From: an uncultured Pseudomonadales bacterium
GTDB lineage: Bacteria > Pseudomonadota > Gammaproteobacteria > Pseudomonadales > UBA7434
Direction of reading: 5' to 3'
Assembly (NCBI GenBank): GCA_905480475.1
Contig: CAJQQO010000316.1
Span: forward strand, 4,374 to 28,373
Length of the DNA stretch: 24,000 bases
Shown here: positions 1 through 12,146 of the stretch, one piece after another
How the letters are laid out: each line of letters begins with the position of its first letter
Position numbering within the stretch: position 1 is the stretch's first letter
The notes under the pieces: generated by a model
The model's input: only the letters and a program-made list of their open reading frames with translations
Database searches by the model: none
What the model was told of the DNA's origin: nothing
Program-made: the position numbers and the translations under genes

Positions 1-123
1 GCTCAACTAGCAGCTAGCAACAGTATTAATCAAATCGACGCTAAGCGTTCATTAGAACGCAATTGGAGTGCGACCCACTGGATGGATACTCTGGCTTTAT
101 TAACCGATATAGATTCCGCATAA
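1..123 (+). CDS. 3' end of an unidentified CDS that starts upstream of the window; possibly leucyl/phenylalanyl-tRNA-protein transferase, by synteny only
   Basis: Frame 1 is open from nt 1 to TAA at 121-123 (…NWSATHWMDTLALLTDIDSA*). It ends 4 nt before bpt, and aat-bpt-infA is the usual order in Pseudomonas-like genomes. I cannot recognise the 40-aa tail itself. Confidence 0.35.
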   Translation, partial: AQLAASNSINQIDAKRSLERNWSATHWMDTLALLTDIDSA

Positions 124-127
124 ATTT

Positions 128-835
128 ATGAGCGTACTATCAAAAGTAAAAGTCTACGCCACACACCCGCATCCTTGTAGTTATCAGGATGACCGTGAAG
201 CGACGACTTTATTTATTGATCCGGCCGTTAAAATTGACGCTATCGCTTATAAAGATTTAACCGAGATTGGCTTTCGTCGTTCGGGTAATCATTTTTATCG
301 GCCCCATTGCCAAACCTGTAACGACTGTATACCGACAAGAATTCCAGTAGACAGTTTTACTCCTACTCGCCGACAAAAGCGCATTGAAAATAAAAACCAA
401 GATTTAACCATTACCACCGTGGATTCCATTGCCGGTGATGAGTATTACCAGCTCTATGCAAAGTATATTGAACAGCGCCATGAAAATGGTGATATGTATC
501 CGCCTACGCCTGAGCAATACCAACAGTTTTTAGTCCGTGAAACCCAGTTTTGTCAATTCACCGTTTTTCGCCTTAACGATATACCGATCTGCGTTAGCGT
601 TCGCGACGATGTCAGCGATAGCTATTCGGCAATTTATACCTTTTTTGACCCTGATTATTCGAACCGCAGCTTGGGTAATTTCGCAGTTTTATGGATGATT
701 AGTCTGGCAAAAAGCGAGAATCGCCAATATCTGTATCTTGGCTACTGGATTCGCTCCTGCCGGAAAATGTCCTATAAAATCGAGTATCGCCCTATAGAAC
801 TACTAATAAATGGCCGCTGGCAGACACTTACCTAG
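128..835 (+). CDS. bpt: Aspartate/glutamate leucyltransferase (bacterial ATE-family N-end-rule transferase Bpt)
   Basis: The 235-aa ORF aligns end to end with the remembered Pseudomonas Bpt (KFYATQPHPCSY…FRRSG…YRPHC..C..C…RIPV; YIEQRH..GDMYPP; LGYWI..CRKM.YK..YRPIE). Its position next to infA and clpA/clpS is typical. Confidence 0.9.
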   Translation: MSVLSKVKVYATHPHPCSYQDDREATTLFIDPAVKIDAIAYKDLTEIGFRRSGNHFYRPHCQTCNDCIPTRIPVDSFTPTRRQKRIENKNQDLTITTVDSIAGDEYYQLYAKYIEQRHENGDMYPPTPEQYQQFLVRETQFCQFTVFRLNDIPICVSVRDDVSDSYSAIYTFFDPDYSNRSLGNFAVLWMISLAKSENRQYLYLGYWIRSCRKMSYKIEYRPIELLINGRWQTLT

Positions 836-938
836 GTAGCCGCCTAAGCCTAAAAATACCATTGCTTTGATTATCTACCCCATTTAGTGCAAAATGCGCG
901 CCCTTAAAGCGAGATTAAACCCCGCATAGCGGTTTTTG

Positions 939-984
939 TAGTTACACAGACTTTTTGTAGTTACGCAAACATAGTTACGCAGAC
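939..984. repeat. Three copies of a 13-nt motif TAGTTAC[A/G]CA[G/A]AC in the infA upstream region
   Basis: Read directly: tagttacacagac (939-951), tagttacgcaaac (958-970), tagttacgcagac (972-984). The first two sit inside a 19-nt tandem unit that begins tttttg (933-951 and 952-970). Confidence 0.7.
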
Positions 985-1013
985 AATAGAGTAATTCCCG
1001 GAAATTAGCTTGT

Positions 1014-1232
1014 ATGGCAAAAGAAGAAAACATTGAATTTGATGGTGAAGTGATTGACACTCTGCCCAACACGACTTTCCGCGTAAAGCTGGAAAACGGG
1101 CATGTCATTACCGCGCATATCTCTGGAAAGATGCGTAAAAACTACATCAGAATTTTAACCGGTGATAAAGTTAAGGTCGAAATGACACCTTATGATTTAT
1201 CCAAAGGCCGAATTACATTTCGCGCGCGATAA
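1014..1232 (+). CDS. infA: Translation initiation factor IF-1
   Basis: The 72-aa product [72 protein letters not shown] is near-identical to canonical IF-1. Confidence 0.97.
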   Translation: MAKEENIEFDGEVIDTLPNTTFRVKLENGHVITAHISGKMRKNYIRILTGDKVKVEMTPYDLSKGRITFRAR

Positions 1233-1324
1233 TCAGATCGGAATATTTGATTTAACCATTGAATCCACACCGCAGTTGTTGCTAATACTTAGATAATTGT
1301 GTTGCCTGGTTAAATTCCGTTGAT

Positions 1325-1355
1325 AAAAAAAGCCGCTAAATTAGCGGCTTTTTTT
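1325..1355. terminator. Bidirectional rho-independent terminator shared by convergent infA and clpA
   Basis: Stem agccgc (1331-1336) pairs with gcggct (1344-1349) around a 7-nt loop. It is flanked by an A-run (1325-1331) and a T-run (1349-1355), so it reads as hairpin plus U-tract on both strands. Confidence 0.8.
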
Positions 1356-1374
1356 ATTGCTAAGCTAAGTTCAC

Positions 1375-3639
1375 CTAGCGACTGACTGTAAGTACCAGAT
1401 CATCATCACGGACACTGATCTTAACAGTACCGCCAGATGCCGATAGCTCGCCAAACAATACCAACTCTGCCAATGGCTTTTTGATATGTTGCTGGATAAC
1501 GCGACTCATCGGTCTCGCCCCCATATTCACATCGTAACCTTTCTCGATCAACCAATGACGTGCATCGTCGTCGACTTCAAGCAGAACCGCTTTGTCGTCT
1601 AGCTGGGTTTGTAACTCAACCAAGAACTTATCAACCACAGTAAACACAACTTCAGGACTAAGTGGCGCAAACTGGATAATAGAATCCAAACGGTTGCGGA
1701 ATTCAGGCGTAAACATTTTAGTTACTGCCTCCATGCCATCAGTACTGTGATCTTGCTGGGTAAAGCCAATACTGCGTCGACTAATCGATTCAGCACCCGC
1801 ATTGGTAGTCATAATCAATACAACATTGCGGAAGTCAGCTTTACGACCATTGTTGTCGGTTAAAGTACCGTGATCCATTACCTGTAGTAATAGATTAAAT
1901 ACTTCAGGGTGCGCTTTTTCAATTTCATCTAACAGAACAACACAATGGGGATTTTTAGTCACTGCATCCGTTAGCAAGCCACCTTGATCGAAGCCAACAT
2001 AACCCGGAGGCGCACCAATCAATCTTGATACGGTATGTCGCTCCATATATTCAGACATATCAAAGCGTACAAGCTCCATGCCCATTACCGAAGCCAATTG
2101 ACGGCTAACCTCGGTTTTACCTACACCGGTCGGACCAGCAAATAGGAATGAACCAATAGGCTTATCAGGCGAAGTTAAACCGGCACGCGAGAGTTTAATA
2201 GCCGCAGATACTGCTTCAATAGCAGGATCCTGACCAAACACTACCTGCTTTAAGTTCTCATCTAATTTACCCAAGGAGGTTCTATCAGTCGAACTCACAT
2301 GCTTGGGCGGAATATGGGCAATCTTGGCAACCACCGATTCAATTTCGGTAACGCCGATTTTCTTTTTGCGTTTACTGACAGGCAGCAATCGCTGGTATGC
2401 ACCGGCTTCATCAATAACGTCGATCGCTTTATCAGGTAAAAAGCGCTCATTGATATAACGTGCAGCAAGATCCGCTGCCGCGCGCAAAGCTTTATCTGTG
2501 TACTGGATATCGTGATGCTCCTCAAAGCGGCTTTTAAGACCTTTAAGGATCTTATAAGTATCGTTCGGAGTTGGCTCGTTAACGTCAATTTTCTGGAAAC
2601 GACGCGAAAGCGCACGGTCTTTATCGAAAATAGAGCGATATTCCTGAAAAGTGGTAGAACCCAAGCAGCGCATATCACCCGAACTCAACAATGGCTTGAG
2701 CAAGTTCGAGGCATCCATTACACCACCCGATGCAGCACCGGCACCAATAATGGTATGGATCTCATCGATAAACAGAATTGAATCATCACGCTTTTTCAAT
2801 TCGCCCAATAGCGCTTTAAAGCGTTTCTCAAAATCACCACGGTATTTTGTCCCGGCCAATAAGGCACCAAGATCTAAGGAATACACAATGCTGTTTTCTA
2901 GAATCTCGGGAACTTCACTATCGACAATACGCTTAGCTAGGCCTTCAGCGATGGCGGTTTTACCCACGCCAGCTTCACCCACTAATAAAGGATTATTTTT
3001 ACGACGTCTCGCCAGTACCTGAACCACCCGCTCAACTTCGAGATCGCGACCAATAAGTGGATCGATTCGACCTGCTTCAGCCTCGGCGTTAAGGTTGAGT
3101 GCATAGGCTTCTAATGGATTCTTTGAAGTACCGCCCTCAGCTGCGCCACTATCCTCATCAGAGCCTTCACCGTGCTGCTCGGAGGGGTTTTCATTTTGGC
3201 CAGACACTTTGGAGATACCGTGACTGATGTAATTTACTACATCAATACGGGCAACGCTTTGTTGCTTCAGTAGGTAAACCGCCTGACTTTCTTGCTCGCT
3301 AAAGATCGCGACAAGTACGTTAGCACCGCTGACTTCTTTTTTACCGGAGGACTGTACGTGGAATACGGCACGCTGAAGTACACGCTGAAAACCCAGTGTT
3401 GGCTGAGTATCACGTTCTTCATCGCTTTCATCTAATAGGGGTGTTGTTGAGTTAATAAATTCAATCAACGAAACACTCAGCGTTTTCAGTTCTACACCAC
3501 AGGCCGTTAAAACGTCTGATGCTTCCTGATTGTCCAGCATAGCTAACAGCAAATGCTCCACGGTCATAAACTCGTGTCGCTTATTGCGTGCCACTTTAAA
3601 GGCGCTATTGAGTGTATTTTCCAGCTCTTTATTGAGCAT
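1375..3639 (-). CDS. clpA: ATP-dependent Clp protease ATP-binding subunit ClpA
   Basis: 754 aa with the ClpA N-domain ([14 protein letters not shown]…[13 protein letters not shown]) and two AAA+ modules with Walker A motifs (GEAGVGKT and GPTGVGKT). It lies directly downstream of clpS. Confidence 0.97.
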   Translation of the reverse strand: MLNKELENTLNSAFKVARNKRHEFMTVEHLLLAMLDNQEASDVLTACGVELKTLSVSLIEFINSTTPLLDESDEERDTQPTLGFQRVLQRAVFHVQSSGKKEVSGANVLVAIFSEQESQAVYLLKQQSVARIDVVNYISHGISKVSGQNENPSEQHGEGSDEDSGAAEGGTSKNPLEAYALNLNAEAEAGRIDPLIGRDLEVERVVQVLARRRKNNPLLVGEAGVGKTAIAEGLAKRIVDSEVPEILENSIVYSLDLGALLAGTKYRGDFEKRFKALLGELKKRDDSILFIDEIHTIIGAGAASGGVMDASNLLKPLLSSGDMRCLGSTTFQEYRSIFDKDRALSRRFQKIDVNEPTPNDTYKILKGLKSRFEEHHDIQYTDKALRAAADLAARYINERFLPDKAIDVIDEAGAYQRLLPVSKRKKKIGVTEIESVVAKIAHIPPKHVSSTDRTSLGKLDENLKQVVFGQDPAIEAVSAAIKLSRAGLTSPDKPIGSFLFAGPTGVGKTEVSRQLASVMGMELVRFDMSEYMERHTVSRLIGAPPGYVGFDQGGLLTDAVTKNPHCVVLLDEIEKAHPEVFNLLLQVMDHGTLTDNNGRKADFRNVVLIMTTNAGAESISRRSIGFTQQDHSTDGMEAVTKMFTPEFRNRLDSIIQFAPLSPEVVFTVVDKFLVELQTQLDDKAVLLEVDDDARHWLIEKGYDVNMGARPMSRVIQQHIKKPLAELVLFGELSASGGTVKISVRDDDLVLTVSR

Positions 3640-3684
3640 ACTTACATCCTCATACTTCTAGCAAACTCGTAACAATTACAGTCA

Positions 3685-4056
3685 TCACTCACTGAGTGAT
3701 TCTATTTCGCACAATAGAGGGTGTTGGGTTTCTCGGGCGTATTGGTTCACCTGAGACGCTTTAGTTTCTGCAATATCGCGCGTAAACGAGCCACACACCG
3801 CTTTGCCCATAGTATGGACTGTCAACATGACACGGGTGGCTGCTTCGCGATCGAGACTGAAAAAGGTTTCCAAAACTTCAACTACAAATTCCATCGGGGT
3901 GTAGTCGTCATTCAGCATAACCACGTTGTACATCGAAGGAACTTCTAGTTTGGGGTCGACCCCTTCTACTACAACGTCTTCTTCGTGATCAACATCTGCT
4001 GCGTCACCGCTCATAAATAAGGGTAGTAGAAGATCTTCAGTTTGAGAGTGTTTCAT
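3685..4056 (-). CDS. clpS: ATP-dependent Clp protease adaptor ClpS
   Basis: The C-terminal 100 aa match ClpS ([18 protein letters not shown]…F…A…[35 protein letters not shown]). The tracked 183-aa ORF is over-extended. ATG at 4056 gives 123 aa, against about 122 aa in Pseudomonas; ATG at 4074 is an alternative with AGGAG 14 nt upstream. Confidence 0.88.
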   Translation of the reverse strand: MKHSQTEDLLLPLFMSGDAADVDHEEDVVVEGVDPKLEVPSMYNVVMLNDDYTPMEFVVEVLETFFSLDREAATRVMLTVHTMGKAVCGSFTRDIAETKASQVNQYARETQHPLLCEIESLSE

Positions 4057-4282
4057 GATTTTTTTTTGCCGCATAAGCCGAAAATATTCTCCTATGATAC
4101 AGATTAGTGGAGCAACGCGCTTCACGCATTTTACTTGACTAATGCGAGCCAGCGAGTTAAAAAGGACATAATCAACTCTGTAGATTTTAGCTAAGATGTT
4201 GAAAGTGCTGAAAATAAAATAAAAATCAGTTAACAATTGTATACGCTATAGGCGGTATGATTCAATCGAAGGATTAACGACG

Positions 4283-4606
4283 ATGCAAACGGGTGTTGTA
4301 AAGTGGTTTAACAATGCAAAGGGATACGGTTTCGTTCTTGCAGACGAAGATGGAAAAGACGTATTCGCGCACTACTCCGCAGTAGATATGGACGGCTATA
4401 GAACACTAAGAGCCGGTCAATGTGTGGCATTCCAGGCTGTAGACGGCCCTAAGGGCTTACACGCGGTAAGTATAAAAATATTAGATGAAGCCCCAGACGT
4501 GAGCGGAGATGGCAGCGGCGGCTCGCAAAGCCTTGATCCTAACGCTTCTACTGAGGCGACAAGCTCGGAAATTGCGGCAGAGTCGACAACCGATATCACT
4601 GGCTAA
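4283..4606 (+). CDS. cspD: Cold-shock-domain protein, CspD-like, with a 40-aa acidic Ser/Thr-rich C-terminal tail
   Basis: The N-terminal 66 aa form a cold-shock domain (GVVKWFNNAKGYGFV…VFAHYSA). The position divergent from clpS matches cspD in E. coli and Pseudomonas. AAGGA lies upstream of the ATG. Confidence 0.85.
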   Translation: MQTGVVKWFNNAKGYGFVLADEDGKDVFAHYSAVDMDGYRTLRAGQCVAFQAVDGPKGLHAVSIKILDEAPDVSGDGSGGSQSLDPNASTEATSSEIAAESTTDITG

Positions 4607-4758
4607 TCACCAAAATTACGTTTTAGCGACTGACTTTCCTCTGAAGCCACTTTGCTGGCTGAATGGCGCGGGGCGTTTTTAAACTCGTCGTTAAATTTGT
4701 GATTAAGATCACGACGCAAAAACAAGAAAAGCATGCGAAACCATTAGTAATCGACAAT

Positions 4759-4788
4759 AAAAAAGCCGACATCACTGTCGGCTTTTTT
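4759..4788. terminator. Bidirectional rho-independent terminator between convergent cspD and icd
   Basis: Perfect 7-bp stem gccgaca (4765-4771) / tgtcggc (4776-4782) with loop tcac, an A-run at 4759-4764 and a T-run at 4783-4788. Confidence 0.8.
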
Positions 4789-4846
4789 GTTTCCTAGCAC
4801 TTTTGAGTGTTTTTTAAACTAACATTCAAAAGCCTTACTGGGCAAC

Positions 4847-6103
4847 TTAGCCCATATGCTTAATAACAGCCGCACCAAATTCCGATGATTTAAGTAAGGT
4901 TGCGCTATCCATTAGACGCTCAAAATCGTAAGTCACAGTTTTCGCATCAATTGCACCTTCAACGCCTTTGATGATCAAATCTGCCGCTTCATTCCAGCCT
5001 AAGTGTCTAAGCATCATTTCGGAAGACAAAATAACCGAACCGGGGTTAACTTTATCCTGACCCGCATACTTTGGCGCAGTACCGTGAGTCGCTTCAAACA
5101 AAGCGATATCGTCAGACATGTTAGCGCCTGGCGCAATACCGATACCACCAACCTGAGCTGCAAGTGCATCAGAAATATAGTCACCATTGAGGTTTAGCGT
5201 TGCAATAACACTATACTCATCAGGGCGAAGCAAGATCTGTTGTAACATCGCATCGGCGATAACGTCTTTAATAATGATTTCTTTTCCGGTTACTGGGTTT
5301 TTCATCGTCATCCATGGACCACCATCAAGCAGCTCGGCACCAAACTCTTCGGCAGCCAGCTCATAACCCCATTCTTTAAACGCACCTTCGGTAAACTTCA
5401 TAATGTTACCTTTATGAACCAAGGTAACCGATGGTAAGTCTTGATCAACAGCATACTGAATCGCTTTACGAACTAAACGCTTAGTCCCTTGCGAAGAAAC
5501 AGGTTTAACCCCTATTCCGCAATCAGTAGGGAAACGGATTTTAGATACACCCATTTCATCGCGTAAAAATGCGATAACTTTATCAGCTTCTTCAGTGCCC
5601 GCTTTCCATTCGATACCAGCAAAAATATCTTCAGAGTTTTCGCGGAAGATAATCATGTCTGTTTTATGCGGCTCTTTCACTGGCGAAGGAACACCAGAAA
5701 ACCAACGTACAGGACGCTGGCAAACGTATAAATCGAGCTCTTGACGCAACGCTACGTTCAAGGAGCGAAAACCACCACCAACTGGCGTTGTTAATGGTCC
5801 TTTAATCGCCACTCTATATTCACGAATTGCATCAAGTGTTTCAGCTGGGAACCAGTCGCCTTCATATTTCTCAGCGGCTTTCTCACCATTGTAGATTTCC
5901 ATCCATGCGATTGCGCGCTTTCCGCCATAAGCTTTGGCAACAGCAGCATCGGTAACCGCAATCATTGGCGGAGTAACATCGACACCAATACCATCACCTT
6001 CGATATACGGTATGATTGGCTTGTCTGGAACGTTAAGTGATCCGTCAGCATTGACTTCAATTTTTGAACCATCAGCAGGAACAACAATGTGTTGATATCC
6101 CAT
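4847..6103 (-). CDS. icd: NADP-dependent isocitrate dehydrogenase (homodimeric Icd type)
   Basis: 418 aa. The N-terminus (…[32 protein letters not shown]) and internal motifs ([30 protein letters not shown]) match E. coli-type Icd. AAGGAG lies upstream of the ATG. Confidence 0.97.
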   Translation of the reverse strand: MGYQHIVVPADGSKIEVNADGSLNVPDKPIIPYIEGDGIGVDVTPPMIAVTDAAVAKAYGGKRAIAWMEIYNGEKAAEKYEGDWFPAETLDAIREYRVAIKGPLTTPVGGGFRSLNVALRQELDLYVCQRPVRWFSGVPSPVKEPHKTDMIIFRENSEDIFAGIEWKAGTEEADKVIAFLRDEMGVSKIRFPTDCGIGVKPVSSQGTKRLVRKAIQYAVDQDLPSVTLVHKGNIMKFTEGAFKEWGYELAAEEFGAELLDGGPWMTMKNPVTGKEIIIKDVIADAMLQQILLRPDEYSVIATLNLNGDYISDALAAQVGGIGIAPGANMSDDIALFEATHGTAPKYAGQDKVNPGSVILSSEMMLRHLGWNEAADLIIKGVEGAIDAKTVTYDFERLMDSATLLKSSEFGAAVIKHMG

Positions 6104-6492
6104 AAAGGAGTACTCCGTAAAAATTACATCGGGTGTAATATGTGATTGAGAAAAAAATGTTTTGCGATTGCGTTGTTAATTAGCCAGTGGCGCATATCAT
6201 TGGTCGCAAATACCAATGGAGATAGCTAACACTTAAACTGTTTTAAGATAATTCGGCCACCAAATGCGGGCAAAATAACCGCTAATAAATCCGTGCAATT
6301 AGCGTAACAAATTTCTATTAAGACTTTTTTCGGCGCAGCATTGTATCATCGTAAGTCTATGAATGTCGTTACAAAATGTGGCCTTTTTGTCGTGTTTTCC
6401 GGTGCATAAGCCGCCTTTTGCACTGCTGGGCGCAGCCAATATAGGATTATCAGGAGTTATTCCAGCGTGTTCAAACTAACCGGCAAGCCACT

Positions 6493-7191
6493 GTGAAATT
6501 TTTGTTATTTAATAAACCCTACCAAGTGCTCTGTCAGTTTACCGACTCGCAACACGCCGAGAGCGCTCATAATAACAATGAAACGCCGCGCCAAAACCTA
6601 TCCGACTTTATCGATATGCCCGGCTACTATGCAGCCGGACGACTAGACTACCTTTCCGAAGGCTTACTGATATTGACCAACGATGGTGCATTTCAGCATC
6701 GTATTACCGACCCAGCCAACAAAATGCAAAAATCCTATTGGGTTCAAGTAGAGGGCACACCCTCAGTACAATCAATCAAAGAATTGGCCAATGGCGTCAC
6801 GCTGCGTGACGGAAAAACGCTTCCTGCAAAGCTTGAATTGATAGACGCACCCAAAATTTGGCAACGAAGCCCAGCTGTAACCCCGCACCGCGATGCCAAC
6901 AGCCAGTGGATTAATATGAGCATCCATGAAGGTAAAAACCGACAGATACGTCGAATGCTAGCTCATGTTGGGCACCCTGTACTGCGGCTAGTGCGTCACC
7001 AGATAGGTCCGTGGTCAATCGAAAATTTAACCCCGGGTCAACACAGCTTAAGCTCGGTTAACTTACCTAAGTCGCAAGCAACAGCACCATCCAAACGTTC
7101 AACAGCTGCAACGAAGCCAAGAGTAAAACAATGGCAAAAACAAAAGACAAAACCGACAAACACGTCAAAGCGGTCTAAACTGAAACCCTGA
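6493..7191 (+). CDS. rluE: 23S rRNA pseudouridine(2457) synthase RluE, with a Lys-rich C-terminal tail
   Basis: LFNKPY.VL.QFTD…YAAGRLD..SEGLL.LTN.G…YWVQVEG…NGV.L.DG.TLPA…EG.NRQ.RRM.AHVG.P.LRL.R aligns with E. coli RluE. The start is GTG with no SD. Synteny with nudJ-mnmA-hflD-purB fits. Confidence 0.85.
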   Translation: MKFLLFNKPYQVLCQFTDSQHAESAHNNNETPRQNLSDFIDMPGYYAAGRLDYLSEGLLILTNDGAFQHRITDPANKMQKSYWVQVEGTPSVQSIKELANGVTLRDGKTLPAKLELIDAPKIWQRSPAVTPHRDANSQWINMSIHEGKNRQIRRMLAHVGHPVLRLVRHQIGPWSIENLTPGQHSLSSVNLPKSQATAPSKRSTAATKPRVKQWQKQKTKPTNTSKRSKLKP

Positions 7192-7286
7192 GCCAAAATG
7201 AACTTAGTGGAAAAAATCATCATAAGATACCGGTTCAAAGCAATTGCCGCGCTAAATCAACTACCTGAACATTTAGGTAAAACCTT

Positions 7287-7778
7287 ATGAGTACAAGAAA
7301 CACACAGTTATCGTTAGATTCTGTTCACACGGATTTTGCGCCGCATGTAACGGTGGCGTCGATAGTCGAGAAAGATGGACGCTTCTTATTAGTAGAGGAA
7401 TATAGCTCGCAGGGTAAAGCAGTGATTAATCAACCAGCCGGCCACCTTGAGGCAAGCGAGTCATTGATTGATGCGGCGGTAAGAGAAACACTGGAAGAAA
7501 CTCGCTGGCATATAGAAATCACAGGCGTATTGAATATCAATCTATATCGCTCGCCACAAAATGACGTGACCTATCATCGAACCACTTTTATCGCATCAGC
7601 ACTGCACGAAGACCCTCAGCTCGCTCTGGATGACGGGATTATCCAGCCGCTTTGGTTAACCTTGGCCGAAGTAGAACAACGTCAAGAGCAATTGCGTAGC
7701 CCTCTGGTTCTGCAATCCATTCAGCAATACCTCAATGAACCACATTATCCTTTGGCGATGGTCGGCGATTGCCGTTAG
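7287..7778 (+). CDS. nudJ: Nudix hydrolase, NudJ-like
   Basis: Nudix box (GHLEASESLIDAAVRETLEET) plus N- and C-terminal similarity to E. coli NudJ (PHVTVA.…; LRSPLV..SI..Y……YPL.M.GD). Its position between rluE and mnmA matches E. coli. Confidence 0.75.
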   Translation: MSTRNTQLSLDSVHTDFAPHVTVASIVEKDGRFLLVEEYSSQGKAVINQPAGHLEASESLIDAAVRETLEETRWHIEITGVLNINLYRSPQNDVTYHRTTFIASALHEDPQLALDDGIIQPLWLTLAEVEQRQEQLRSPLVLQSIQQYLNEPHYPLAMVGDCR

Positions 7779-7957
7779 AATAGCGGCGATTAAAGCAGCT
7801 AAACCAGCAAGCGCTCTGATATTCCGTTCGCATACCCTATCTCACTAAGGTTACCGGCTAAAACGGTTTTCTGTCGGTACGCCCGATTAACTGCTTACTT
7901 GCTTGCTAGCGCTGCGGCGCTATCGGCTGTTAAAAAACGAAAATTGAAAAATCCATT

Positions 7958-9091
7958 ATGAGTAAAGTGATAGTCGGCCTTTCCGGCGGCGTTGACTCTT
8001 CAGTCACAGCATTAGAGTTACAACAACGCGGCTACGCGGTTGAAGCCCTGTTTATGAAAAACTGGGACGAAGACGATGGCACAGAATACTGCACTGCCCG
8101 CACTGATCTGGAAGACGCCATGCGCGTCTGTGACAAACTCAATATCGAATTACATACCGTCAATTTCGCCAAGCAATATTGGGATAATGTCTTTGAACAT
8201 TTTCTAGCGGAATACCATGCGGGTCGCACACCTAATCCCGATGTACTTTGCAATAGAGAAATCAAATTTAAAGTATTTGCAGACTATGCGGAAAAGCTCG
8301 GTGCCGATGCGATCGCTACCGGTCACTACGCAAGAGTTAAACACAGCGAAACCGGAACAATATTACTGAAAGGCCTTGATCATAATAAAGATCAAAGCTA
8401 CTTCCTCCATGCGGTCAGCCAACAGCAGTTATCAAAAACTCTATTCCCGATTGGCGAGATGGAAAAATCATCAGTGCGCAACATTGCCAAAACAGCGCAA
8501 CTAGTCACTCACGATAAAAAAGATAGCACCGGTATTTGCTTTATCGGCGAGCGCCGATTCAAAGACTTTCTGGAGCGCTACTTACCAGCCAACCCCGGCC
8601 CCATTGTTGATTCCGATGGTAACTTAATGGGCGAGCATCAAGGTTTGATGTATCACACCATAGGCCAACGTCAGGGCTTGGGTATTGGTGGTGTTGCAAA
8701 TGCCGCGCAAGCGCCTTGGTACGTAGCGGAAAAGCGCCTCGAAGATAACACTTTGCTAGTGGTGCAAGGCAATAATCACCCACTGCTATTTACACCGGCT
8801 CTAAACGCTATTGAACCGCATTGGATAGGCTCAGCTCCGACTTTACCGTTGCGCTGCTATGCGAAAACCCGCTACCGTCAAGCCGATCAAAGCTGTTGCA
8901 TCCATCAGGGCCAAGACAATAATTTATGCGTCACATTTGACCAACCGCAGCGAGCCATAACACCGGGGCAATATATTGTTTTTTATCAGCAAGACGAATG
9001 TCTAGGTGGCGCGGTAATCCAAGCGGCTATTGCGGATGATAATCATATCAAAGCTGGATCAGCCACATCATCCAAAGCCAGCGAAAATTAA
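7958..9091 (+). CDS. mnmA: tRNA 2-thiouridine(34) synthase MnmA
   Basis: PP-loop motif [40 protein letters not shown] and TGICFIGER are MnmA hallmarks. 377 aa. Confidence 0.95.
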   Translation: MSKVIVGLSGGVDSSVTALELQQRGYAVEALFMKNWDEDDGTEYCTARTDLEDAMRVCDKLNIELHTVNFAKQYWDNVFEHFLAEYHAGRTPNPDVLCNREIKFKVFADYAEKLGADAIATGHYARVKHSETGTILLKGLDHNKDQSYFLHAVSQQQLSKTLFPIGEMEKSSVRNIAKTAQLVTHDKKDSTGICFIGERRFKDFLERYLPANPGPIVDSDGNLMGEHQGLMYHTIGQRQGLGIGGVANAAQAPWYVAEKRLEDNTLLVVQGNNHPLLFTPALNAIEPHWIGSAPTLPLRCYAKTRYRQADQSCCIHQGQDNNLCVTFDQPQRAITPGQYIVFYQQDECLGGAVIQAAIADDNHIKAGSATSSKASEN

Positions 9092-9143
9092 GCTATTGGC
9101 TTTGCATTTTTTATAAGTAAGCCCATTTTTATAGGTAAGTAGA

Positions 9144-9836
9144 TTGTCAAAAAACAACTTCCACAGCCGAGCTTATCAAGCTCAGGCTTTAGCCGTCGCA
9201 CTCACCGCACTTGAGCAAGTTCACCTACTGGCAACCACCGGCAGATGTGACAATGAAATCAAAAGCCAGCTCTTTGACAGCATTTTAGTGACTGACTCAG
9301 ATCACCCGAACGAAATATACCCTGATAGCAAGCTGTTTAATTCCGGCGCTAAGCAAATCATTCAACTATTTACTGAAGTGTTTGATAATGACAACCGTCA
9401 GCGAATAGGCTATTTAGTGGCGGCAAACCGTATCGCAAAATATCTATTAAGCGATAAAACTATGCAAAATAAATTGCAGTCGGAAATTGCACGCTTTAAA
9501 CAAAAAGCGGCTATCGAATGGAACAATAACGACAGCAGCTCCAACCCTAACGATTCTATCGTGGAGCAGGATACAATAGCGGTGACAGAAAATCGGGATA
9601 AAGACTTATCCCTAATATACGAAAACACCTTAAGCACCCTGCCCTATAGAATTAATATTCACGGTTCACAAAGCCAACTTGAACGCGATAGCGTCCGCAA
9701 TAGCGTTCGTGCGCAGCTGCTCGCCGCTATCCGCGCGCTAGTGTTATGGCGACAATTAGGCGGCAATGCATTGCAATTGTTTTTAAAACGCGAATCCTAT
9801 GTTGGCATTTGTCGCCAGGCCGGTGCCAACTTTTAG
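9144..9836 (+). CDS. hflD: High-frequency-of-lysogenisation protein HflD homolog
   Basis: The N-terminus (…ALAVALTALEQVHLLATTGRCD) and C-terminus (VRAQLLAAIRALVLWRQLGGNALQL) align with E. coli HflD. The start is TTG. The gene sits between mnmA and purB. It carries an Asn/Ser-rich internal insertion (NNNDSSSNPNDS). Confidence 0.8.
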   Translation: MSKNNFHSRAYQAQALAVALTALEQVHLLATTGRCDNEIKSQLFDSILVTDSDHPNEIYPDSKLFNSGAKQIIQLFTEVFDNDNRQRIGYLVAANRIAKYLLSDKTMQNKLQSEIARFKQKAAIEWNNNDSSSNPNDSIVEQDTIAVTENRDKDLSLIYENTLSTLPYRINIHGSQSQLERDSVRNSVRAQLLAAIRALVLWRQLGGNALQLFLKRESYVGICRQAGANF

Positions 9837-9922
9837 CTAAAAGTCAGCACCTCCGGCCTAGCGCTGACCTAGAAAGACGATTAATAAAACTACCGCCGCT
9901 CGCATTGCAGCGGTCTCCGTAA

Positions 9923-11994
<2,072 letters not shown>

Positions 11995-12146
11995 GGTATG
12001 ACTCGCTAAATTGTATTTTTATATCAATAACAAATAGCGAGTATCGTACCGATCCAGTAAATATTGTTAATATTCAAGTAGATAGCGGATTAATTTGAGA
12101 CAGAATCGAAACGGAAGATTATATTTTAGTCAATTTATTCGACAGT

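Noticed and set aside
884-1108. 74-aa minus-strand ORF overlapping the infA start and its upstream repeats
   Set aside because: It is antisense to the near-invariant infA and has no SD or recognisable domain. The repeats explain part of its length.
2295-3022. Three tracked ORFs (2295-2678 minus; 2512-2781 and 2651-3022 plus) inside or antisense to clpA
   Set aside because: They lie fully within the strongly supported clpA coding region. Their translations are low complexity with no recognisable motifs. They are typical shadow ORFs.
4057-4236. 60-codon N-terminal extension of the tracked clpS ORF
   Set aside because: The extension ([21 protein letters not shown]…) is AT-rich promoter-like DNA shared with divergent cspD. 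ClpS homologs are about 105-125 aa, and internal ATGs at 4056 or 4074 give that size.
6292-6301. 10-nt identity (cgtgcaatta) between 6292-6301 and 14826-14835
   Set aside because: Many pairs of identical 10-mers are expected by chance in a 24-kb window read on both strands, and the context is not shared.
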